This document shows positions 40,335 through 51,185 of a DNA stretch of 64,000 nt, piece after piece. Numbering within the stretch: the stretch's first letter is position 1; each line of letters opens with the position of its first letter. The translations under genes were made by a program, and so were the position numbers. Under the pieces are notes generated by a model that saw only the letters and a program-made list of their open reading frames with translations, was not told where the DNA came from and did not search any database. This DNA comes from Octopus bimaculoides (Eukaryota): positions 28,547,011-28,611,010 of the forward strand of contig NC_069003.1 in NCBI RefSeq assembly GCF_001194135.2. Reading direction: 5' to 3'.

Positions 40335-40808
40335 GATAACAGCTATTATCATTATTTTTTAAAAGGTTTTGCACGTTCTTACGATCGTTTCATAAATATA
40401 CTACCTCTCAAAATGAAATCTAAAGTTGATAAGTAATATGAGGATGTATATCCACTCGTCAGAGAAAAGGATGAATTTCAGTGTAGTAAATCGAATGATG
40501 AAAATGCTATTTGAAATCGGATGAGAAAGGTATTGTTTAAAACGTAATTGGTATAAATCTTTGTTGGTATAGATTTGACCTAAAAAGTTTGAAAAAATAA
40601 AAATAAATCCATGGTAAAAATCCGTTTTTAAATAGCATTACCATCATTCAATTTACTACACTGAAATTCATCTGACGAGTGGATATACTTCCCAATAATG
40701 TTTACCAAATTTAGATTTCATTTTGTGAGGTAGCCTATTCTTGAAACGATCGTAAGAAGTTTCAAATTTTTAAAATAATTTTTCTTTTAATGATCATAGT
40801 GTACCTTA
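40335..40808. mobile_element. Foldback/MITE with long imperfect terminal inverted repeats (~190 bp arms)
   Basis: Inverted blocks include TTCTTACGATCGTTTCA (40376-40392 / 40742-40758, perfect), CTACCTC.CAAAATGAAATCTAAA, and TATATCCACTCGTCAGA...TGAATTTCAGTGTAGTAAAT...ATGCTATTT (40441-40522 / 40620-40693). The left arm has an 8-bp insertion. Confidence 0.85.
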
Positions 40809-40895
40809 TCTATTTATTTATTAACAAAATGTTGCTTATATCACGGATTTATCTCTACTGTGATATTTAAGATATAACTTCTCCTATTTTTACTC

Positions 40896-40982
<87 letters not shown>

Positions 40983-42639
40983 CAGATAGATATAGATATA
41001 CAGAGACATATACATACACCTCGATTTTTATAGGAGTTACAACCTAGAATAATTGGTGTGATTGATGGTATTACTGAAAACCAGCTGTTCTCCAAACAAC
41101 CCTCAGCTTTACCTGAAACATTTTTCGGCTCCCAGGTCTCTTCTGTCAATTATCCCATTTTAAATATCTTTTTTTGTTTTGTCTATACCATGTAGTATTT
41201 GATGAATGTTACCGAAAAATTTACTTTTCGATTAGACCGTCCACAATGATACGAGCCGATTGACTTCTCGCATGTAAACTTTTCGTTTCGTTTTCGAAAA
41301 TTTATTCGAGAAATAAATACAAATGAGATTTTAAAATTTGTCTTGCGCATGTCCATCAAAGGGAATCAATGATGGCACACTTCCTTGATAGCATCATCGA
41401 AATAATAATGGGGCTTTGTGGAAGAAGAAAAATACATTCACATACAACCTAAGTACTGATCGAGCGTCATCAAACATGCATCCATGGCGGAATACATGTA
41501 TCTCATAATGCTGATAAATACATACATACATATAAGATGGGCTTCTTGTCAGATTGTAGAAAGCATTCGTTCGAAAAATCGAACCAGGTTTATAGAAATA
41601 ATTTCATAAGTACACGGTGAAATATGCGCTTACATTTAGGAAATTGATTTTATATACAGCGTTAAAGCGTGTATTTGAGAATAATATGTGGTATAAAATA
41701 AATAATATATAATAATGTATTATGTCGTATATAACATTCCCTAACATAAAACTGCACATCAAAAACTTCTGTTTGGTAGCATTGTTCCTTATTTATATAT
41801 GTAAAAAGTATGGAAACGAATGAATCATTCTTTTAGAATTAATTTATAGATTAAGTTACTGGACAACTAAAGTTTGTGTTTAGACGTGGAATAACCAAAA
41901 AGAAAATATAAAAATATTCGCTCATAATGTTGGTAGCGAATCTCATTCCTTCGTATCGTGTCAGTTAAGTCATATGCTTCTCCGGCTACATAATTCTTTT
42001 CAAATGCACCCCTCTCCCACAACAGAACAGCAACGAAAGTCCTCATATTATATTGATGATTTTACTTTACTATCTTAATGTATTTAGTATTGAATAGTCG
42101 CTCGTTTATGAAATTGTCGTGTCTGTCTCTAATGCAGTAGAAATAACGAACTTGATATCAGGTGACCAAAACAAGAAACACTAAATGATAAATAAACATA
42201 CTTAATAAGAGCCCAAAGAAATGCTATCACATTAAAGTAGAATTTAAAAAAATGATAGTTGGCCAAATGACATTTATTTCGTAGAAGAGACCAAGAAAAA
42301 TAATCGATAGTTTCAAAGCACAGCGTATATATTTACCTAGTTTTGTTTTGATACAAATTTTGTCTTTTTCTTCTCTTTCGTCTAATCTCAAGGCATGCTG
42401 GACTAATGAAAATTTAATGCATATGGATCTAAGATATTACCAACAATCCAATGTAAATACTATTATCAAGTTTCAACGAAGCACGAGAGACGAACCTACT
42501 GATACGAACAATCACGAATGCATATACCATACACACACATATCTGCACGCATACATGAGGGTGTGCATAACCCTGCCATCCATATGAATATATATGAGCC
42601 TCTGTGTGTGTGTGTATGTGTGTGTGTGTGTGTGTGTCT

Positions 42640-42900
42640 TTTATCTTTTACTTGACTCAGTCACTGGACAACATCCATGTTTGGTAATTGCTTTGAAGGG
42701 TTTTAATGTGACAATGCACCCTCAGTACTAAAATCTGGCACTATTCCATCGATCATATCTACCGAATCGCTAGATCATAAGGATGTTGCTGGGTTCAGTC
42801 CCCCTGCATGCCACCTTGGGCAAGTGTCTCCTAATAAAGCCTCGGGCCGACCAAAGCCTTGTGAATGAATTTGTTAGATGAAAACGGAAAGAAACTCGTC
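42640..42900. mobile_element. Family A SINE fragments (tail on minus, then head on plus)
   Basis: TTTTACTTGACTCAGTCAC tail, then GGGTTCAGTCCCCCTGCATGCCACCTTGGGCAAGTGTC...CTCGGGCCGACCAAAGCCTTGTGA. Confidence 0.65.
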
Positions 42901-43439
42901 TCATCGTATAAATAAATAAATACACACACACACACATATATACAATGCCAATATTAAAGTGTATCTATCCCGATTCAAAAATATTCTTTGCCTAAGCGTA
43001 AACAGGGATACAGGAAGAAGTTTGCACAAATGAACGAATAGACACCTCGACAGATTTCCTCCAAGGCTCGAGCAACAATCCAAAATTTTGTAGCTGTAGC
43101 TACGGTAGCAAATGCATTCAAATCCTTCTGCTAATTAGAAAGAACACAAATAGACAGCAAGATTTCTACATTTTCCGAGACAAAAGCAGAAAGTATGTAG
43201 TATGTAAAAATAATCTCAAATTATCTTGAAATATTTCGAGTAATATCACTTTAAGTGAAATTGTCAGTCTATGGTCTTAAACAGGAGTTGTCTAACTCTT
43301 CGTTCACTTAGTCGGTTTTGTTCAAATAAGCCCGGGCATGGCTGTGTGGGTTAGACGCTTCCTTCCTAACCATGTGGTCTTATGTTCAGTTCCAAGACAT
43401 ATATATATATATATATAGATAGATAGATAGATGCCCGAT

Positions 43440-43491
43440 CATATATGTGTAATAAAATAAAAAATCGGGTGAACTTTCTGGACACCCTGTA
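43440..43491. mobile_element. Isolated Tc1/mariner-superfamily terminal fragment
   Basis: Ends AACTTTCTGGACACCCTG-TA, the CAGGGTG-type terminus also seen at 61859. Confidence 0.45.
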
Positions 43492-43559
43492 TGTGTGTGT
43501 GTGTGTGTCTGCCTGAGTGCATGGGTGCGTGTGTATGCGTGTTTGCCTTATTGCATTCT

Positions 43560-43765
43560 GTCTGTAACCGCCACCACCGCTTGACAACTAGTGTCGGTTT
43601 GATTACGAGTCTGTAACTTAGCAATTCGGTAAAAGATTCCGATAAAATTGTATCAGATTTAAAAAAATTAATACTGAAAGCAGTCAGTTCGACTAAACTG
43701 ATGTAGGTAATTGCCCCAGCATGGTCTCAGTCCAATGGTTGAAGCAAGTAAAATATAAAAGATAC
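43560..43765 (+). mobile_element. Family A SINE 3' module
   Basis: ACCGCTTGACAAC...CTGTAACTTAGCAATTCGGTAAAAGA...CCCCAGCATGGTCTCAGTCCAATGGTTGAAGCAAGTAAAA. Confidence 0.7.
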
Positions 43766-44399
43766 ATCTTAATCTTGTAACAAAAAAAATCTAATTGAAA
43801 ATTTAGATAAAAGAACAATTGAAAAATAAGAAAACTTCGTTTTATTAATCGCATTATTATTGACTGTTCAAATTTCAAATTTAATTACGTCACTATGTAT
43901 AAAATATCATGTATCTTCTTTAACATTTATTTAGATCGGGTATTCAGAAATAACAAAAAGAACAAAAAAAAAAATATATATTTTTATTAATCACATTAAC
44001 TTTCGCTTTTAAATAAGTTAATTTCATCGCTTACTATACATTTCACATAAAGTCTTATAAATTAGAAACGCAAAATCCGACACAAGTTCTAATTGGAAAT
44101 CATGTTTGGCCGATTTCCGTAGTCTGTCGCTGGATATTACTACGATTCGATTCGGGTATGTGATGTTGATAAGCCACAAAAATGGCGAAACATCGATGTC
44201 TATCAATCTTTAATTTGATCTGGGGTGGGTTATCGATTGTAGATGCGTTTTAGAGATGTCTCTGTATTTCTAAGTGGTAGAATGGTATCTTAGGATATTC
44301 CCATTTGACTGAAAGATATTTGCGATGTATGTGAGGGAATAAAGTAACTCCAGATTTGTATGGCGCGTTAACGATTCTCTAATATTGCTGCCTTTTCAT

Positions 44400-44590
44400 T
44401 TTGTAGATAATTCTTTCGACTATAGGCAGAAGGTGGGAAAATTTAGCAGAGCGTGGATTAGTCGATTATTTTATCGACTCCGATTGGATGAGAGGCAAAG
44501 TCGACCCCAGCAGAATTTGAACTCCGAACGGAAAGACAGACGAAATGCTGTGAAGCATTTTACTCAGCATCCTGCCAGTGCACCGCCTTA
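44400..44590 (-). mobile_element. SINE, family C
   Basis: Reverse complement reads AAGGCGGTGCACTGGCAG...AAATGCTTCACAGCATTTCGTCTGTCTTTCCGTTCGGAGTTCAAATTC...GGTCGACTTTGCC. Confidence 0.75.
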
Positions 44591-45544
44591 ACATTTTAAA
44601 GATTAAAGCATTAAGTTTCGTTAATGTTGTCAGGATTTTTTTTTTTATTTATTGTAATTTTCTTCAAAATACCGACCGCAATTTCACACATTCATGACAG
44701 TCGCCTGTTTGAAATTATAACACTTTAATATTAATTCTACCCCGTTACATTCATCAAACGTATGTTCTCTTCATTTATTTCTTTTTAATCCTCGAAAGCT
44801 TTTAATTACGAGAAAATTTATTATGCAAATTGAACCAAATCGCCGGCTGAATATAACTCGAAACATTTTATTACATTAAAGTAACNNNNNNNNNNGCTCT
44901 TCCGATCTCAGAAAAAAAACAAAAAAACAAAACAAAAAGGAACAACAGAAAACATTCTCATTAAGGGTTATTTTTAGATGGCGTAGGGAATGTAGTTCCA
45001 CATTTTATTGACAGAGCTTATAATAGTTGCAATGATCTGCTTTATTTCTGTGCACCTGTATAAAAGTGCTCTAGTCGTATGCTTCGTGGTTAGATGCATC
45101 AGACATAAAATACACAGAGATGATTTTTTTTTATGTCAGTATCATAAGTGTTATTCATTGTGTGAGGGGTAGCATTTTTATAGAATGGAATCGAACTGAA
45201 AGAAACAGAATTTGAAATTGCTTCCATTTAGATTTCAAATTAAAATTAATTCAAAGATAACTTTTTTTTTAATGAATACACTAATTCCCCCTAGTTAGTT
45301 TAGATTTGTTTCTTTAATTTTTTTTCCCGTAATCCATTTATTTCATATAATTTTATTTTGGAATGAGACTTTAATAGAATTTAAAAATAGCAAATGAAAA
45401 GCTGAGTATTATGTGTGTGTAGATGTATGTCCGTGCTTTTGTATGCAACTATATATAGTTACAAACAAGGAGAATAGAGTGAGAAGTTCCTTTAACTATA
45501 TCACATCAATTTACAATCGTTTCATTCAAATCCGATCTCATCTA

Positions 45545-45716
45545 GGAATGATGCCTTGCTTTTATGGAAACATGGTATAATTACATTATTTACATTTGAC
45601 GGATATTCGTCCTCATTTTGTTTGTTGTTAACACAACGTTTCGGCTGATATACCCTCCAGCCTTCGTCAGGTGTCTTGGGGAAATTTCGAACCTGGGTTC
45701 TCATTCCTATCGATGT
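45545..45716 (-). mobile_element. Penelope-like terminal repeat (pLTR-like) carrying a hammerhead motif
   Basis: Minus strand reads ...CCAGGTTCGAAATTTCCCCAAGACACCTGACGAAGGCTGGAGGGTATATCAGCCGAAACGTTGTGTTAACAAC..., next to an (AAT)n tract and a GIY-YIG fragment. Confidence 0.7.
45630..45675 (-). ncRNA. Minimal type I hammerhead ribozyme (PLE-associated, probably dimer-dependent)
   Basis: Order on the minus strand: GACAC (stem I 5'), CUGACGA core, A, GGCUG/CAGCC stem II, GAAA core, CGUU (palindromic AACGUU, GUU cleavage triplet), GUGUU (stem I 3', pairs with GACAC in 5 bp). All catalytic core nucleotides are present. Confidence 0.75.
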
Positions 45717-45717
45717 T

Positions 45718-45719
45718 AC

Positions 45720-45783
<64 letters not shown>

Positions 45784-45790
45784 GTTACTA
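45718..45790. repeat. (ATT)n microsatellite
   Basis: Perfect ATT run. Confidence 0.95.
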
Positions 45791-45795
45791 TTATA

Positions 45796-45912
45796 CGAAA
45801 ACTAAAAGAAGCAGCACATATGCTAGGACACAACAACCTCCTAAGCAGACCGAGTGCAGATATGAATAGCATATGGGAACCGGTATTGAGGAAGGATAGA
45901 AAAATAATAGAT
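45796..45912 (+). mobile_element. Penelope-like GIY-YIG endonuclease C-terminal fragment, running into a gap
   Basis: RKLKEAAHMLGHNNLLSRPSADMNSIWEPVLRK resembles the PLE C-terminal pattern RK.KEA..I.....LNR......IW.PLL. Confidence 0.6.
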
Positions 45913-46799
45913 TNNNNNNNNNNNNNNNNNNNNNNNNNNNNNNNNNNNNNNNNNNNNNNNNNNNNNNNNNNNNNNNNNNNNNNNNNNNNNNNNNNNNNNN
46001 NNNNNNNNNNNNNNNNNNNNNNNNNNNNNNNNNNNNNNNNNNNNNNNNNNNNNNNNNNNNNNNNNNNNNNNNNNNNNNNNNNNNNNNNNNNNNNNNNNNN
46101 NNNNNNNNNNNNNNNNNNNNNNNNNNNNNNNNNNNNNNNNNNNNNNNNNNNNNNNNNNNNNNNNNNNNNNNNNNNNNNNNNNNNNNNNNNNNNNNNNNNN
46201 NNNNNNNNNNNNNNNNNNNNNNNNNNNNNNNNNNNNNNNNNNNNNNNNNNNNNNNNNNNNNNNNNNNNNNNNNNNNNNNNNNNNNNNNNNNNNNNNNNNN
46301 NNNNNNNNNNNNNNNNNNNNNNNNNNNNNNNNNNNNNNNNNNNNNNNNNNNNNNNNNNNNNNNNNNNNNNNNNNNNNNNNNNNNNNNNNNNNNNNNNNNN
46401 NNNNNNNNNNNNNNNNNNNNNNNNNNNNNNNNNNNNNNNNNNNNNNNNNNNNNNNNNNNNNNNNNNNNNNNNNNNNNNNNNNNNNNNNNNNNNNNNNNNN
46501 NNNNNNNNNNNNNNNNNNNNNNNNNNNNNNNNNNNNNNNNNNNNNNNNNNNNNNNNNNNNNNNNNNNNNNNNNNNNNNNNNNNNNNNNNNNNNNNNNNNN
46601 NNNNNNNNNNNNNNNNNNNNNNNNNNNNNNNNNNNNNNNNNNNNNNNNNNNNNNNNNNNNNNNNNNNNNNNNNNNNNNNNNNNNNNNNNNNNNNNNNNNN
46701 NNNNNNNNNNNNNNNNNNNNNNNNNNNNNNNNNNNNNNNNNNNNNNNNNNNNNNNNNNNNNNNNNNNNNNNNNNNNNNNATATATATATATATATATAT

Positions 46800-46955
46800 A
46801 AATTTTCCGCCTGCCAAATTCCAAATTCACTCACAAGTCGTAGCTGAGCTCGGGCCTGCAGGCTGCAGTAGTAGAAATCCCAAGGTCCCGCCCAGTGAAA
46901 GTGAACGCGAAACGACGTGGTTGTAAAGCGAGCATTTTTTTAACCACACAAGTAT
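46800..46955 (-). mobile_element. Decayed family A SINE head
   Basis: AAATTCACTCACAAG...CCCAAGGTCCCGCCCAGTG...GTGGTTGTAAAGCGAGC...TAACCACACA. Confidence 0.55.
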
Positions 46956-47372
46956 GTCAAGAAAAAAAAAAAAGAAGTCAAATTAACTACCCTGCTTGCT
47001 CTGCAAATGAGGCATCATATCAATGATTATCGATTGTGTGCCGCCTCATAAAGAATCAGAATAAGAAAAATGAAAAAAAGAAAAAAAAAAATCAAAACAA
47101 TATTTCCGAATTATGAACTGTGATCTCTGCCTTTCTGGTTTGTTAAAGTTGCCAATTAGCTTTAATCTAGGTTACAATTATTTTCCTTTTATTTAACAAC
47201 ACTAATGTCATTTAGAAAGACATAGCACTCATAAGTACACATTCACTCTGTTGCTAAAACGACAAGACTGTTTAATCTAAATTATCTGCCACCGAGTGCT
47301 AAATTAGGGAAGATATGTGGCTGAGTAGGCAAAGTACTATATAACAAGACGAGAATTTAGGATACGTATGCT

Positions 47373-47500
47373 ATGCTCAGTATCATGTTAGGGTCCAGTT
47401 TTTATATTATGCTCAGCATTGTGTTAGGGTCCTGGTTTATATACAATGGCCACCATTGTGTTAGTGCCAGTTGTGATACTTTGTGTTAGAGTCCAGTACC
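47373..47500. repeat. ~36-bp minisatellite (about 3.5 diverging units)
   Basis: An ATGCTCAGYATYRTGTTAGGGTCC unit at 47373 and 47409, with further decayed units. Confidence 0.75.
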
Positions 47501-47876
47501 CTAAACTCTCAAATGATACAATCTACAGTGCACTTAATTGTAAATAAATATGGTTGTGTATGGAACAACCCGCCGTTTTAGACAGCAGTAATGCTATTAA
47601 TTCGACGAGTGAATCAACAAATATTTTTGGTGGTTATAAGCTCTCTTGTGGGAACAGTTACACTGTGATAGACCCGCGTCATGTGCACGTGTAGCGTTTT
47701 CGTTTAACTGAAGATAAATACCTGACCTCGCGGGGTAAAAGTATATACTAGATTAATTACTCTGATATGAGTTAATGCTGACAACAATATGCACCTAATA
47801 AGTTTTTCGTACATTGAACTAAGGTCGATGCAATCACCTAACCCCAATCCTGAAAGTGCGGGGAATTGTGCGAAAA

Positions 47877-48030
47877 TTCGAAAGCATTATCTTGAAATTA
47901 ATATAAATATATAAATATACAAAAATAGTTCGAAACCATTATCTTGAAATCAATATGACTATATAAATATATATAAAATGGTCCGAAACCAACCATTATC
48001 ATGAAATTGATATAAATGTAAAAAAATGTT
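47877..48030. repeat. ~52-bp minisatellite (3 units)
   Basis: TTCGAAA(G/C)CATTATCTTGAAAT...ATATAAAT recurs at 47877, 47929 and 47982. Confidence 0.8.
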
Positions 48031-48800
48031 TCGATGATAGAGATCACAGTTCACAAGACTTGAATATTGTTTTTGAATCTAATTTTAGTTTCTGATTTTT
48101 GATGAGGCAACATGAGCGAAAGCTGGACATCCGTAGAATCATACAATGAAATACATTAATATAAATCTGTATATGGACATATCATACACTGAAGTGAGGT
48201 TGTACATGCATAGGGGTGAGAGAAGACAGTCGACCGCATGAAGTCCAATATTTGACAGAGTCTTGCTCTATGGAACACCACACTATCACCATCAGGTGAC
48301 ATGGAAGAGAAATATATAAATTAATAAATATGGAAGTACGAAGTACTTCAAAGTCATCGGTGGAATCCGTTGGAAACAATAGCTCATGGCTCCCTCTCGC
48401 AAGAGCCTCCCTCTTGCATTTTAAACCCGGATATATTAGGTTTTAAATTGGATAATGGATTTTTGAGTGATGGTTACGTCTGCATCACCATTGATCAGAT
48501 CTGCGGATCACTTTTGTCGAAGCGTTAAACAACGATGTAAACAAGAACATGAAACATAAATACAGTAGTAGAATGATTGGTAAGCAAAGCATAAGAACGA
48601 AAAACGATGCTGGTTCGAAACGACGTTTTACCGCAAAGAATACAAGTAGCAACTCAAACCTGTAGCATCAACAAACAGTTATATAATTATATATCTATAC
48701 ATATATTTCATATATCAAACGCAAGCTGTTATATTTAATTTGTTTATCTGCATAATTGCTTCTATATATCTATACATGAATATATGTACATTTACACACG

Positions 48801-48861
<61 letters not shown>

Positions 48862-48961
48862 NNNNNNNNNNNNNNNNNNNNNNNNNNNNNNNNNNNNNNN
48901 NNNNNNNNNNNNNNNNNNNNNNNNNNNNNNNNNNNNNNNNNNNNNNNNNNNNNNNNNNNNN

Positions 48962-49006
<45 letters not shown>

Positions 49007-49830
49007 CACATAAATGTACATACATAGATACATACATATAGATATATATTCAGGCACACACACACACGCATATTTATACTTTCATACGTATGCATAAACA
49101 TTCATATATATGCATATATATACATATGTAAGCGTTCATTCATTTGTATACATAAGCGTTCATACACACGTATACATACACCCACATGCACAAGCTAATA
49201 CACACACAGACACATGCACATATACATAATACAGATTTATACGTATGCATACACAAGCATTAATAATAGATGCCTACATATACATATATGCACAAACAGC
49301 TACACACACAGTCACACACGCACGCATACACACAGACATATATACTTTCATACGTATGCATACATAAGCATTCACGCATATACATACATATACATACACG
49401 CACGTGCTCCTACACACACATACACACGCATAAATGCCTTCCGTTAGAACATACACAAATCTATATCTAATTTAGTAATACTATATAAATCTAATTACAC
49501 CATCGATGAAGCAATATGCTTCTAGACAGTAACCCTTTCTTCTTCTTCACAGCAAATCAGGGTGGACCCCGCCATCATTCTCCGCTACAATTATTTGTTA
49601 AGATAATTAATTGTTCTCTTCACCACAGGTGTAAATTTTATTAACTAAAACCTCTCGCATTACTGCGTTAAGTATACCAGCGCCCACTTATTCCATTTTG
49701 CGAACTCTCTGTAAATATTGAAAATATGGCTGAATACTCCAAGTCAAACACTGTTACTGTCACCCAGTGTATTGAATCGATGGCCTTTAACACGTGCATT
49801 TGTAGATCTGAGTAGTAAGACGCAATATAT

Positions 49831-49863
<33 letters not shown>

Positions 49864-50282
49864 TATATATANNNNNNNNNNNNNNNNNNNNNNNNNNNNN
49901 NNNNNNNNNNNNNNNNNNNNNNNNNNNNNNNNNNNNNNNNNNNNNNNNNNNNNNNNNNNNNNNNNNNNNNNNNNNNNNNNNNNNNNNNNNNNNNNNNNNN
50001 NNNNNNNNNNNNNNNNNNNNNNNNNNNNNNNNNNNNNNNNNNNNNNNNNNNNNNNNNNNNNNNNNNNNNNNNNNNNNNNNNNNNNNNNNNNNNNNNNNNN
50101 NNNNNNNNNNNNNNNNNNNNNNNNTATATATATATATATATATATATATTGTAATAAGCAATATGTGTGCACAAAGTAAATGATAATACAAAGAATATTA
50201 GAAGACAAAGCATAGCTATGAGTAATCCTCTTTTGTTCAGAAATCGGAACGACCAGTTGCATGAACAACACACACGCGCAAT

Positions 50283-50319
<37 letters not shown>

Positions 50320-51102
50320 ACACACACCTACAAAGAATTCAAACCAAAAATATATTAAACATGGAATAGATATACTACACGAGAACAGAAATGGAATTTA
50401 CTTATCATTACAAATAACTATAGCTGTAGGAAATAATCTTGTCCAGAAGTATATTAAACTGGAACTTGTGATCAAATTTGTTTTGGATTATTGAAGTTTG
50501 TATACTTAGGTATAACGCCAGCAATTCTATAACTCATAGGGATGGTGTATCGTGAGAAACAGAAGTGTATTACCTTAGATGGCGTATTGCAATGAAGCAA
50601 ATGAAAGTTGAGTTTTCAGATTTCCGTGTTTTTGATTCATTGAATGTGCATATCAATCTTTAAGAGTTAGTTTGAGCGTTAAATTCTAAATTTTCATTGA
50701 GAAAGAAAAAAAAAAGTGACAATAATAGATAGAGGTTAAAAATTAAATCTATATACATGTATATATATATGTGTATATAGTTGAAATTTATTGGAAAAAA
50801 AAAAAAAAAAAAAAAACGAGGACAGGTGTATGAACAAGAAGCAAGTGTATTTGTTTGCCGCTTGAGAAACAAGAATAAGGGAGAACAAACACAGAGAGAG
50901 AAAATGAACAAAAATATGTAGAATTCAGCGGTGCAACATGGCGAATATACATAAAGATACACGCATATACACACACACACACACACGTACACATATGTGT
51001 GTGCGTGTGCGTTTGTCGGTGTGAGCGTGCGTGTGTGAGTGTGTATTAATATTTCCCTTAGGCTTTGCAATGCTAAATACCTAGAGTAGAACTTATATAT
51101 TC

Positions 51103-51185
51103 TTTTCTATTCTAGGCACAAGGCCTGACATTTTTGGGGAGGGAACCGGTCGATTTGACCCCCCCCCCCAGTACGCAACTGGTAG
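51103..51185 (-). mobile_element. Family C SINE 3' tail fragment
   Basis: TTCTATTCTAGGCACAAGGCCTGACATTTTTGGGGAGG...GTCGATTTGACCCC...CAGTACGCAACTGGTA. Confidence 0.75.
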
